Source: an uncultured Nitrososphaerota archaeon (GTDB taxonomy: Archaea; Thermoproteota; Nitrososphaeria; Nitrososphaerales; Gagatemarchaeaceae). Taken from it: a stretch of DNA of 64,000 bases. Positions 1-9,046 of this stretch are shown piece after piece. Positions within the stretch are counted from its first letter, which is position 1, and every line of letters begins with the position of its first letter. Location of the stretch: contig OY969807.1 of the NCBI GenBank assembly GCA_963703285.1, forward strand, positions 352,001 to 416,000, written 5' to 3'. The position numbers were made by a program, and so were the translations under genes. The notes under the pieces were generated by a model. It had not been told where the DNA came from. It did no database searches and saw only the letters and a list, made by a program, of their open reading frames with translations.

Positions 1-632
1 CAGAGTTCTGGATGATAGAGGCGGAGCAGGCGTTCGTCGACCAGGCGGAGAACATGTCCCTGCAGGAGGGCCTGCTCTCCTCCATGGTCAAGAGGGTAGT
101 CGAGAGTCGCGCGGAGGAGCTCGCGATCCTGGGAAGGTCGCCAACGCCTCCTTCGCTGCCTCTCGAGAGGGTCTCCTACGACGAGGTCCGCGACTTCGCA
201 GAGGCCAAGGGCCTGCCCTTCGTCTGGGGCGAGGACGTCCCGACCGAGGTGGAGAGGCTCATATCGCTGACGCGCCAGAGCCCCTTCTTCATCACGGACT
301 ACCCGCTCTCGGCGAGGAGCTTCTATCACATGACCTACCCGGACCGGCCCAAGGTGACCAAGTCCGCCGACCTCATCGCCCCCGAGGGATTCGGGGAGCT
401 GGCGACGGGTGGGCAGCGCATAGCCAGCTATGATGTCCTGATGGAGAGGATCAGGAGCCAGGACCTCCCCACGGAGGCCTTCGGCTGGTACCTCGACCTG
501 AGGAAGTACGGGATGCCCGAGCACGCGGGCTTCGGAATGGGCGTGGAGAGGGTGACGCGCTGGCTGGCGGGCCTGAAGCACATCAGGGGGGCGAGCCTCT
601 TCCCGAGAACCATGACCCGCGTCTCTCCCTAG
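1..632 (+). CDS. asnS: Asparaginyl-tRNA synthetase-like class IIb synthetase (5' truncated by window edge)
   Basis: Frame is open from the window start: EFWMIEAE (motif 2 region), GELATGGQR, YGMPEHAGFGMGVER (motif 3), FPR. An AspRS or archaeal asparagine synthetase paralogue is not excluded. Confidence 0.75.
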   Translation, partial: EFWMIEAEQAFVDQAENMSLQEGLLSSMVKRVVESRAEELAILGRSPTPPSLPLERVSYDEVRDFAEAKGLPFVWGEDVPTEVERLISLTRQSPFFITDYPLSARSFYHMTYPDRPKVTKSADLIAPEGFGELATGGQRIASYDVLMERIRSQDLPTEAFGWYLDLRKYGMPEHAGFGMGVERVTRWLAGLKHIRGASLFPRTMTRVSP

Positions 633-683
633 GGCTCCGAGCACCGCCACGCTTATTTACACAGACCCGGGTTGAAAATCGAA

Positions 684-1694
684 ATGGCAGAGGAGGAGAA
701 GGCTGAGGACGAGGTGGACGAAGAGCTCGACGTCACGACCATAGCGGGCGTCGGAGCGGTCACCAAGCAGAAGCTCAACGAAGCCGGGATATTCTCGATA
801 CTGGACCTCGCGACGTCGGGGCCCGCAGAGATAGCTGAAGCCACCGACTGGGACATCACGAAGTCGGTAGACGTCAACAACAAGGCCAGGAAGAGGCTCG
901 TGGAGCTGGGGAAGCTCGAGCCTGACTTCGTCAGCGCCTCGGCGCTGCTGACGCGGAGGAAGAACATAGCGCGCATAAGCACGGGATCGAAGAACATCGA
1001 CGACCTGCTTGGCGGCGGGATCGAGACGTGGGCGATCACAGAGTTCTACGGGGAGTTCGGCTCTGGCAAGTCCCAGATCTGCCACACGCTCAGCGTCATG
1101 GTGCAGCAGCCGGAGTCGCAAGGGGGCGTCGGCGGAGGCGCGGTCTACATCGACACCGAGGGGACGTTCAGGCCCGAGAGGGTCTCCGAGATAGCCGTGG
1201 CTCGGGGCTACAACCCCGACGAGGTGCTCTCCCGGATCATGGTGGCGAGGGCCTACAACAGCGCGCACCAGGAACTCATCGTCAAGGACCTCGGGAGGCT
1301 GATAGCGAAGCACGACATCAAGCTTATCATCGTGGACAGCGCCGTAGCCCACTACCGCGCCGAGTTCCTCGGCAGGGGCACCCTGGCTGAGAGGCAACAG
1401 AGGCTCAACCGCTTCATGCACAACCTCCTCCGCACCGCCGAGATCTACAACGTCGCAGTCGTGATGACCAACCAGGTGCAGTCCGCGCCGGACAGCTTCT
1501 TCGGTGACCCCACGAGGGCGACCGGCGGGCACGTCGTGGCGCACACCAGCACCTACAGGATCTACCTCAGGAAGGCGGGTAAGAACCGCATAGCGAGGAT
1601 GGTCGACAGCCCCTACCACCCCGAGAGGGACGCGGTCTTCATGCTCGACGAACGGGGGATCGACGACCCGTCTGAGGATACAAAGAGGAAGTAG
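684..1694 (+). CDS. radA: DNA repair and recombination protein RadA
   Basis: N-terminal HhH, GEFGSGKSQ Walker A, YIDTEGTFRPER, LAERQQRL, RIARMVDSP. ATG at 684 preferred over TTG at 672. Confidence 0.97.
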   Translation: MAEEEKAEDEVDEELDVTTIAGVGAVTKQKLNEAGIFSILDLATSGPAEIAEATDWDITKSVDVNNKARKRLVELGKLEPDFVSASALLTRRKNIARISTGSKNIDDLLGGGIETWAITEFYGEFGSGKSQICHTLSVMVQQPESQGGVGGGAVYIDTEGTFRPERVSEIAVARGYNPDEVLSRIMVARAYNSAHQELIVKDLGRLIAKHDIKLIIVDSAVAHYRAEFLGRGTLAERQQRLNRFMHNLLRTAEIYNVAVVMTNQVQSAPDSFFGDPTRATGGHVVAHTSTYRIYLRKAGKNRIARMVDSPYHPERDAVFMLDERGIDDPSEDTKRK

Positions 1695-1745
1695 CTTCCG
1701 CTCTGGCAACGGTTTAATATCGTCCTTTGGGCGGCGAGAACCTTC

Positions 1746-4445
1746 ATGAAAGCAAGGGGGATACTCGTCCTGCTGCTGGTGGTCTCTCTCGCCCTGGTAC
1801 CCGTGCTGGTCTCCGTCCCGGTCCGCGCCTCGGGCCAGTACACGGAGAGCCTGGTCGTCTACACGGCTGGGACGAGCGCCTACTGGCAGATGTCGTTCAA
1901 CCAGCTGAACGCATCGATCCCGGCCCTGGCGTCCGCCGAGTCGACTGCGGGCCTCACCTCATACCGGCTAGTCGCGATGTCCACGCAGGAGGCGACCTCC
2001 GATCTCCAGGTCTTCGGGGTTGACGGGTTCAACGTCCTGGGCGTGCCTTCGCTCCCCTCCGAGGCTCTCTTCCTGGACGTCAACGCGTCGAGCAGCTCAG
2101 CGGCCTCGGCGATCGTATCGTATTTCGCCGGCAGGTTCGACACCACCTTCACGCTCGTATCGTCCGGCTCCGGGACGTTCGTCTACTCGGCCCCGGTCAA
2201 CTTCGTGGGCGTCGCGGCGCCGGTCCTCTACCGGCTCGTGCCGAGCGCCATGAAGGGCTTCGCCGCCTACATGACCGAGCCGGTCTTCGTCGGTCTCGCG
2301 ATGCCCTCGATTGAGCTCTACGGTGTCAACGACGGATCGGGCTTCAGTCACTCCATAACGATAGGTGCAGCCGCGACGAGCGCAGTGACCTCGGGGAGCC
2401 CCATCAGCATCGTCGGGATACTCGGCGATTCCAGCTCAACCCTGACCGCCTCGTCATCCTCCTCTTCGAGCGAGGTCACGGTCCACGCCCTGGACGGCGT
2501 GATACAGTCGACCGACAAGACCGCCACCATGTCCAACGACGCCTCCAGCTTCTCGGGCACGTACTCCCTCCCGGTCACCGCCGGGGCCAACGTCGACGCC
2601 AACGTCACGATCTCCACCACGCCTGTGACGGCCATCGCCTACAGGCTGTTCGACCGAGGCTCGCTGACCGCCGGCCAGAACCTCACGGTGTCCGTCTTCG
2701 TCGAGAATACGGCAAAGAGCGGCGTGATCGCCAACGTCACCGGTGACGACGACTGGTGGAAGGCCGACTCGTCCGTCTTCAAGCTCGTGAGCGGGAACTA
2801 CAGCTTCGACATACCGTCCATCGCGGCGGGACAGAACTACACCGAATCCTACGTCCTCCAGGTGCTCACCTCCTCGGGCCAGCAGGTCGCGGTGCCCTCG
2901 GCGTCCGTGGGCTTCCAGTACGCTCTCTCCACGGAGAGCTACAGGGGTGAGGCCGAGCTCGGCGAGGCGACCCTCCAGGTGAACAACTTGGGACCTGCGG
3001 TCTCGGTCACCGCCCGGCCGACCATCTCGTCCGGCTCTGCGCTCGGCACGGACGGGAACTACACCCTCACCGTTACCAACAACGGCAACTCGCCCGCCCT
3101 CAACCTCAAGGTGGGGAAGGCCTCGATACAGAGCCTGTTACAGGGAGCGACGCAGACCGTGAACGTCCCGATCACGCTCTCGAACCTGCTCCAGAGCAAC
3201 CTCACAAGGACGTTCCCGCTGGAGTTCTCCAACTCAAACGGACAGACCCAGAACGTGACGTCGAACTCTGTGACGCTCGACCTCTCGCACGCTGGCATGG
3301 TGATACCCCTGCTGCAGGTCTCCACGAACGACTCGCTGACGGCCAGCTCGCTCGCGTCCCGTGTCCTGAACGTCACCTACACCTTCACCAACGGCGGCTC
3401 CGGAACCTCCGGGACGGTCGTGGGGACCCAGGTCCTTCCGCCCGGTGTCACCTGCAAGATTCTGAAGGCTGGGAACGCCACGGTCGCGTGCTCTGGGGGG
3501 TTGTACACGATGACGATCCCGATACTCACCGTCTCGGACACGGTCGTCAACGAAATTCAGCTCAGCTTCGCCCGGGACAACTACATTATCCCTCCCGCAA
3601 TCATGACGACGTCCTACGAGGGGGCGACGCTGCACACGTTCGGCTCACCCTACCTGGTGCCCGCCGGCGTAGTCCTCACGAAATCTTTCGGGCTCTCCGG
3701 AGGGTTCCCCGGGATGACCTCCTCCGTCACGCTCGGCATAACCAACGCCGGCTCGACGCCCGTCTACAACGCGACCCTCAGCTCGTCCCAGGACCCCTTC
3801 GACTCGGCCAGCGGGACACTTAGCCACACGTACGCTTCGCTCACCTCCCAGCAGTCCGAGAGCTTCAACTACACGGTGGAGCTGACGACGGGTGCCTACG
3901 GGATTGAGAATTCATCCGCGGCTACCGTCGACCTGGTGCTCGGCGGCCTCACCACGACCTTCTCCTCGGGTCCGGCCCAGATACAAGTCTACAAGCCGGT
4001 CTCCGCGGTGGTGACGTCCAACCCCTCTACACCGGAGGAAAACCATGACTTCACAATCTCGATAACCTTCGTGAACTCCGCCAACGTAACAGTCTCCGAC
4101 GCGACCTACAAGGTGACGATCCCGACCGGTCTCAAGGTACTCTCCGGCGGGCAGGTATCGGGCAAGACGCTGACGGTCTCCGTGGCGACGCTCGGTCCAG
4201 ACTCGAACCAGACCCAGACCGTGACGCTCTCCTCGTCGATGGGCCTCACGTTCGACCTCTCCTCGTCTCACGTCACCTTCCAGTACCAGGGGTCCTCGCT
4301 CTCGGGCCTTGCCCCCGCGAAGTCAATCAGGGTAGCCGTAGACGTCACGCTGAGGTACACCTTGCCGATAGCCGTGGCGATATTGATAGCCATAGCGGGA
4401 TTGGTTTACATGCGGCGCAGAATCACCCCCGCCGTCGAGAAATGA
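1746..4445 (+). CDS. Large Ser/Thr-rich cell-surface (S-layer-like) protein with Ig-like repeats
   Basis: N-terminal signal peptide, repeated 'V.V.N.G' CARDB/DUF11-like strands, many N-x-S/T sequons, C-terminal TM helix followed by RRR. Confidence 0.75.
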   Translation: MKARGILVLLLVVSLALVPVLVSVPVRASGQYTESLVVYTAGTSAYWQMSFNQLNASIPALASAESTAGLTSYRLVAMSTQEATSDLQVFGVDGFNVLGVPSLPSEALFLDVNASSSSAASAIVSYFAGRFDTTFTLVSSGSGTFVYSAPVNFVGVAAPVLYRLVPSAMKGFAAYMTEPVFVGLAMPSIELYGVNDGSGFSHSITIGAAATSAVTSGSPISIVGILGDSSSTLTASSSSSSSEVTVHALDGVIQSTDKTATMSNDASSFSGTYSLPVTAGANVDANVTISTTPVTAIAYRLFDRGSLTAGQNLTVSVFVENTAKSGVIANVTGDDDWWKADSSVFKLVSGNYSFDIPSIAAGQNYTESYVLQVLTSSGQQVAVPSASVGFQYALSTESYRGEAELGEATLQVNNLGPAVSVTARPTISSGSALGTDGNYTLTVTNNGNSPALNLKVGKASIQSLLQGATQTVNVPITLSNLLQSNLTRTFPLEFSNSNGQTQNVTSNSVTLDLSHAGMVIPLLQVSTNDSLTASSLASRVLNVTYTFTNGGSGTSGTVVGTQVLPPGVTCKILKAGNATVACSGGLYTMTIPILTVSDTVVNEIQLSFARDNYIIPPAIMTTSYEGATLHTFGSPYLVPAGVVLTKSFGLSGGFPGMTSSVTLGITNAGSTPVYNATLSSSQDPFDSASGTLSHTYASLTSQQSESFNYTVELTTGAYGIENSSAATVDLVLGGLTTTFSSGPAQIQVYKPVSAVVTSNPSTPEENHDFTISITFVNSANVTVSDATYKVTIPTGLKVLSGGQVSGKTLTVSVATLGPDSNQTQTVTLSSSMGLTFDLSSSHVTFQYQGSSLSGLAPAKSIRVAVDVTLRYTLPIAVAILIAIAGLVYMRRRITPAVEK

Positions 4446-4921
4446 CTCCCGCAGGCTCCCGACACGTCGCGGGACCGAGTCCAACCTCTGGCCGCGCCGA
4501 GGAGCGGTCGGCCGGCGCCCTCGTCTTCAACGAGTCCTCCACCGGGAGGAGGTATCTCCTCCTGGAGTATCCCGCGGGGCACTGGGACTTCCCGAAGGGG
4601 AACATCGAGAAGGGCGAGGCCCCCCAGCAGACGATGGTCCGCGAGGTTCGGGAGGAGACGGGGCTCGTCGACGTAGTTCCCGTGCCCGGCTTCAGGAAGG
4701 TCATAGAGTACTACTACAAGAGGGGCGGAAAGACCGTCCACAAGCAGGTCACCTTCTTCCTGGCCGAGTCGAAGGTCGACAAGGTGGTCCTCTCCTTCGA
4801 ACACAGGGACTACGCCTGGCTTACGTTCGATGAGGCGATGAAGCTGGTGAACCACTCCAACTCCACGATGCTGCTCCGTGCGGCCGAAGATTCCTTCAGG
4901 CCGCGGTCAGAGCAAGGTTGA
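4442..4921 (+). CDS. Nudix hydrolase, Ap4A hydrolase-like
   Basis: HWDFPKG followed by the Nudix box GNIEKGE...REVREETG; LSFEH..YAWL. Confidence 0.9.
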   Translation: MTPAGSRHVAGPSPTSGRAEERSAGALVFNESSTGRRYLLLEYPAGHWDFPKGNIEKGEAPQQTMVREVREETGLVDVVPVPGFRKVIEYYYKRGGKTVHKQVTFFLAESKVDKVVLSFEHRDYAWLTFDEAMKLVNHSNSTMLLRAAEDSFRPRSEQG

Positions 4922-5633
4922 TCTCTCTCAGGGCTAGGATTGGGGAGTCGGCGTCCACGACGGACCTCCCCACGATGGCGAAGTCAGCGCCTGCATCCAG
5001 CAGGGCCCTGTCGGCGCTCCCTCCCTGAGCCCCCACTCCCGGACTCAGGATGAGCTGGTCGCTCCTCAGGATGGCCCTCACCTCGCGGATTATCGACGGC
5101 GACTTGGCGGAGACCACCGCACCGTCGGCGTCCCAGTCCCTGACGCGCCTCGCGAACTCCAGGTAGAGCGGCTTTCCGTCCACGACCAACCCGTAACCCT
5201 CCCTCGCACCAGCGTGGCTCATGTAGACGAGGAGGATCACCCCCTTCCCCTGCGCCCTGGACCTCGAGATCACCCTTGAGAGCCCCTCCTCGGCCCCCAC
5301 GAAGGGGTTCGCGATGACCGCGTCTATCCCGCTCGAGTAGAGCAGGTCCACGGTCTCGAGGTTCGTCGACTCTATGTCGTTCAGCTTGATGTCGGCTATC
5401 ACGGGGAGTCCCTTGCTGAAGGTAACCCCGAAGACCTCCCGGAGGCCCTCGAGCCCCCCGGGGAGGAGGATGTGGAATTGGACCTTCACGGCTGCGATCT
5501 CGTCCCCGACCTGTCGGAGGAGTTCTGCCGCCCTCGCAGCCCTCGTCTCCGGAGGCCCCTTCAGGTCGAGGCCGAGGACGATGCGGCTGGAGTGCCTTTT
5601 CGATGATGAGAGTAGGCTCTCCCGAAATCCCAC
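4896..5633 (-). CDS. pyrF: Orotidine 5'-phosphate decarboxylase
   Basis: IADIKLNDIEST (DxKxxDI), SPGVGAQGG, IVGRS. Confidence 0.95.
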   Translation of the reverse strand: MGFRESLLSSSKRHSSRIVLGLDLKGPPETRAARAAELLRQVGDEIAAVKVQFHILLPGGLEGLREVFGVTFSKGLPVIADIKLNDIESTNLETVDLLYSSGIDAVIANPFVGAEEGLSRVISRSRAQGKGVILLVYMSHAGAREGYGLVVDGKPLYLEFARRVRDWDADGAVVSAKSPSIIREVRAILRSDQLILSPGVGAQGGSADRALLDAGADFAIVGRSVVDADSPILALREINLALTAA

Positions 5634-6316
5634 TAGAACTCCACCAGCGGGTGTTTCTCCGCCAGCTTGATCACCTTGACGTAGTAGAACCCGTGCTCGT
5701 CGGTCCGCTTGCTGAAGCCCGTCTCGGCGACGTTGGTGGGGGAGTACTTTACGAACCCCGTGGTGGGCTCGTCCTTCATCTTGGTGTAGAAGAACAGCGA
5801 GGCCTCCTCGTAGTCATCGAGCCTTGCGAAGGACCCCACAATCCAGCTCGTCCCGACCTTGAAGGAGTAGAGGGGAAGTGGCGGCTCCTCATAGAGCATC
5901 TTGTATGTGGCTAGCTTCACCAGGGACGCCAGGTCCCCGACCTCGGCCGCAAGAAACTTCTGGTGGAACTCCCTCTTGTGCTCCAGAATGCTGGGCATCT
6001 TGAGGACGTGGATCACGGGGGAGTAGATGTAGGAAGGGGTCGAGGCGGAATCGACCAGCTGCACTTCCTCGGTCTCACCTGCGTTCCTGTAGGCGAGAAA
6101 CTCGCCGCCCTTCTCGGCCTCCGCGTAGTAGAAGATGGGCACGCCCATGAAGAGGTCATTCTGCACCGAGAGCCTCGTCGCCCCCCCGTGCTTGGACATG
6201 AAGATGGGCAGCTGAGCCCTCTCAAGCGCGCACGCAAGCCTTCCAAGCTCCAGGAGCCCGCCAAGCCTCACAAAGCATCCCCCGATTATCCTCCGGGTAA
6301 CCTTCTTGGCTGGCAA
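5633..6316 (-). CDS. Conserved archaeal hypothetical protein
   Basis: Host-like codon usage; abuts the pyrF start; upstream TATA-like TATTAAA. Confidence 0.65.
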   Translation of the reverse strand: MPAKKVTRRIIGGCFVRLGGLLELGRLACALERAQLPIFMSKHGGATRLSVQNDLFMGVPIFYYAEAEKGGEFLAYRNAGETEEVQLVDSASTPSYIYSPVIHVLKMPSILEHKREFHQKFLAAEVGDLASLVKLATYKMLYEEPPLPLYSFKVGTSWIVGSFARLDDYEEASLFFYTKMKDEPTTGFVKYSPTNVAETGFSKRTDEHGFYYVKVIKLAEKHPLVEF

Positions 6317-6397
6317 CCTGTCCGCCCGTCTGTTGTGGGATTTAATAATGTTCTGACCCGAAAACGAAAAAGCAGGCCGCGCACGGACCCGGAGACC

Positions 6398-6823
6398 ATG
6401 ACCCGGCCGACCCCTCCCCGATTCGAGGACGTCTCCCTCGAGGTCGAGGCCCTCGTCCAGGCGCTGTCGAACGCCACCTCCATCGCAGGTCCTGCCCCGC
6501 CCGTCGAAGCCGACCTATGGAGAATCTACGCGCGGAGCGAGGTGGCGGTCGCCAGGCTGAAGTACCGCCTCGGAGTTGAGCGGCCAGGCGCCTTCTCCAC
6601 GCTTCCTCGGCCCGAACTTCCAGCAGAACTCCTTCCCGAGGCGCTGGCCGACATGAGGAAGGCCGCCTCGCTGATGCGCTCGGGTGAACCCGACGCCGCC
6701 CTCGGGTCGCTCAGGAGCGCCAGGACCTCTCTTCGGGCGTACCTTGCAGAAATCGAGCGTGTCAGGAGGAGGGAGAAGCGGAAGGCTGCTGCTTCGCGGA
6801 GGCCTTCTTCGTCCTCTTCTTAG
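6398..6823 (+). CDS. Hypothetical helical protein
   Basis: C-terminal part of ORF 5963..6823 from ATG 6398; divergent from the previous gene across an AT-rich promoter. Confidence 0.5.
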   Translation: MTRPTPPRFEDVSLEVEALVQALSNATSIAGPAPPVEADLWRIYARSEVAVARLKYRLGVERPGAFSTLPRPELPAELLPEALADMRKAASLMRSGEPDAALGSLRSARTSLRAYLAEIERVRRREKRKAAASRRPSSSSS

Positions 6824-7295
6824 TCTCCTTGGGCGCGGGTTTCTCCTCCTCTGCGGGAGGTTCGGGGGCGGGCTCAGGGGCAGGCGCCTCCGCAGGCGCG
6901 GGCAGAGCTGGCTCTACCACGGGCGGGACTAGCTCCTTCGCAGGTGCCGCTTCCTCCTCGGCCGGGGCCTCTTCTTCGGGCTCCTCCTTCTTCGCGGCCT
7001 CCTCTCTCTCCTCCTTCTTCTTCCTCTCCTCCTTTTCGGCCTCCGAAGGCTCGAGTTCGAGGAGCCTCAGTTCCTTACCTTCGACCAGCACCCTGTAGTT
7101 CTTCCTTTCGCCCTTCTTCCAGAGGAACCTCTTCACGTACGTCTTCACGTGCCGCGTCCTCACGGTCTTCTTCATCGAATCGTCATCCACCGTGAGCTCC
7201 CCACCGCTCACCTGCAACTTGGCACCGACCCTCGGCTCAAGGAACTCGGCCAACTCGTCGCCGTTGTCCTTGAAGGTGCCCAGAATTATCTTCAT
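6762..7295 (-). CDS. eL22 (60S ribosomal protein L22e)-like protein with long Glu/Pro/Lys-rich tail
   Basis: ELAEFLEPRVG...VKTYVKRFLWKKGERKNYRVLV resembles the eL22 pattern (K/R.Y.KK/RFL.K..L.DY.RV). ATG at 7295 with a TATA-like element ~25 nt upstream. Confidence 0.55.
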   Translation of the reverse strand: MKIILGTFKDNGDELAEFLEPRVGAKLQVSGGELTVDDDSMKKTVRTRHVKTYVKRFLWKKGERKNYRVLVEGKELRLLELEPSEAEKEERKKKEEREEAAKKEEPEEEAPAEEEAAPAKELVPPVVEPALPAPAEAPAPEPAPEPPAEEEKPAPKETKKRTKKASAKQQPSASPSS

Positions 7296-7330
7296 TTCCC
7301 CGACCTCTTCGGGTGTGGCATTATAACGGT

Positions 7331-8092
7331 TTAGGACGGGGCGCCCGCCGAAGGCTCCTTCTCTGTGCGGGGCGACCCGAGTCGGGGGGTCTGCGGCGGA
7401 CCCCCCTCCCTGAGCGGCCCTCCTCCGGAGTCCTGCTTTCTCAGCCTGACGTAGAGCGTCGAGAGCGCGAAACAGCAGGCCCCCAGCAACATGAGGTTCT
7501 CGTTGGTCAGCCACGTCACTCCCATCCTGTTCAGCTCGTCCGAGAACCCGACGTAGAACCAGTGATTGTCATCGAAAAATAGGATCGCCCCGAGGGCGAT
7601 GGGAGCGACCGAGACCGCCCTTAGGGAAAGAATGAAGGAGCGGGACGAGGCGAGGAACGAGGCGAAGACGAAGGCGAACATGGCGAACCAGATGTCGTCG
7701 AAGGTGTTCACGTTCTGCGTGACGCGGGGACCTGGCCAGGTTTGGGGCCAGGCGCACGGCGATGTGAACGTCCCGCAGACGTGGATGCTCCCGTAGGTGA
7801 TGAACTGGGCGAGGTAGAACATGGAGGCCGCCGGGGCTATCAGGAGCTGTATGGGGAGGGGCGTCCCTGGCTGGATGCCGTAGGAGTTTATCGACGTAGA
7901 CTGTGTTATGCCGTAGGATACGGCGCACACGATCAGCCATGAATAAGCGGCGATCGAGACGTAACGGAGGACCCGGTGATGAGCCTGAAGGAACCCCGAC
8001 AGGCGTGGTCTGAGCTTCGCCTTTGGGCTTGCGGCCCGAGCGTCGGGACCGGGAGCGCTCCCAACTATCTGGGGTGTCAACCTCAGGTGCAA
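7331..8092 (-). CDS. Hypothetical multi-pass membrane protein (start uncertain)
   Basis: Several hydrophobic segments. Confidence 0.55.
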   Translation of the reverse strand: MHLRLTPQIVGSAPGPDARAASPKAKLRPRLSGFLQAHHRVLRYVSIAAYSWLIVCAVSYGITQSTSINSYGIQPGTPLPIQLLIAPAASMFYLAQFITYGSIHVCGTFTSPCAWPQTWPGPRVTQNVNTFDDIWFAMFAFVFASFLASSRSFILSLRAVSVAPIALGAILFFDDNHWFYVGFSDELNRMGVTWLTNENLMLLGACCFALSTLYVRLRKQDSGGGPLREGGPPQTPRLGSPRTEKEPSAGAPS

Positions 8093-8188
8093 TCTCGGGC
8101 GTCCGGGTTATACCCGCTCTGGAATAATCTTAGGGTTCGCCGCTTCGCAGGACGGGAACGGAGTTCTCCCGCCGGCGGCGCCGGAGCT

Positions 8189-8944
8189 TCATTCCTTGGT
8201 TCCGACGGTGCGCCGCTTTCCCATGGCCATCATCCTCGTCACCATCTTCCCGTGCTTCGCCTCGTCCATGTCAATCCATTCCAGGAGAAGCCGAGCCACG
8301 GGATGGTCTACCGTGACGCTCTCCCTTAGGTTCGCCTCCCTCGCCGAATCCTCGAGCGCGAGCATGCTCTTGAGGAGGTCTTCTCCGGGTATCTCGAATC
8401 CCCTCCCCTTCTCCGTCTCGAGCCAGGAGAGCACCTGGGAAACTATGTCGGAGTGCCTTATGCTGTCAGACGCTATCAGGCGTAACAGGAGCTTCGTGTG
8501 GTCGTCGGTGGTCTTGTTCGCCAGCTCGAGGTAGTTCTCCGCAGCACCCAGCTCGAGCTGTAGCCTCTCCCTCAGCAGCTCCAGCGACTTGTGCCTCCCC
8601 GGGTCCTCAGACTCGCTCGAGACGATCCTCCTGCCCTCGTTCATGACCATCACCTGGCGGGCCGTCTCCAGGAGCTCCACGGCTCTTATTCCTCCGGCCC
8701 CCGAGCGGACGAGCCTCGCCGCTTTGTCGGAGAGTGGGCCTATGAGGTGGTCGATGCTCTCGACCGAGAGGAGGTTCGCGCCCCTCTTGTGCTTGAGGTA
8801 CTGGGTCACCGCCGCGGGGGTCACGTTGAGCGCGAGCGCAATCTCCCGGACCTGGAACCCCTGGCTTGCGAGCCTCGCGGCGACGGCCGCACGGATTATT
8901 GGTATCAACCTCTCCTCGCTCTTGAATCGGGAAGGGGTGGTCAT
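8189..8944 (-). CDS. Transcriptional regulator: HTH plus C-terminal ferritin/rubrerythrin-like domain
   Basis: IALALNVTPAAVTQYLKHKRG HTH; ELGAAENY...DSIRH and LEDSA...DEAKH di-metal helix pairs. Confidence 0.8.
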   Translation of the reverse strand: MTTPSRFKSEERLIPIIRAAVAARLASQGFQVREIALALNVTPAAVTQYLKHKRGANLLSVESIDHLIGPLSDKAARLVRSGAGGIRAVELLETARQVMVMNEGRRIVSSESEDPGRHKSLELLRERLQLELGAAENYLELANKTTDDHTKLLLRLIASDSIRHSDIVSQVLSWLETEKGRGFEIPGEDLLKSMLALEDSAREANLRESVTVDHPVARLLLEWIDMDEAKHGKMVTRMMAMGKRRTVGTKE

Positions 8945-8973
8945 CGGGTTCGCCGGATGTCCCCAGGTCGAGC

Positions 8974-9036
8974 CTGTTAATAACAGTGTTAATGGAAAAG
9001 GTTAACATCGTTGCCATTAAATATTACATATGTTAT
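8974..9036. promoter_or_regulatory. Divergent promoter with palindromic operator candidates
   Basis: CTGTTA-A-TAACAG (8974-8986), TAACA-G-TGTTA (8981-8991), GTTAACA (9001-9007), TTAAATAT TATA-like, ACATATGT palindrome just before the ZIP start. Confidence 0.6.
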
Positions 9037-9046
9037 GGCCGGCCCG

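Noticed and set aside
657-1709. Long antisense or alternate-frame ORFs (e.g. 657..1709, 15002..16420, 30072..31163, 46729..48102)
   Set aside because: Shadows of well-supported genes caused by high GC3; the translations are Arg/Gly/Pro-rich with no motifs.
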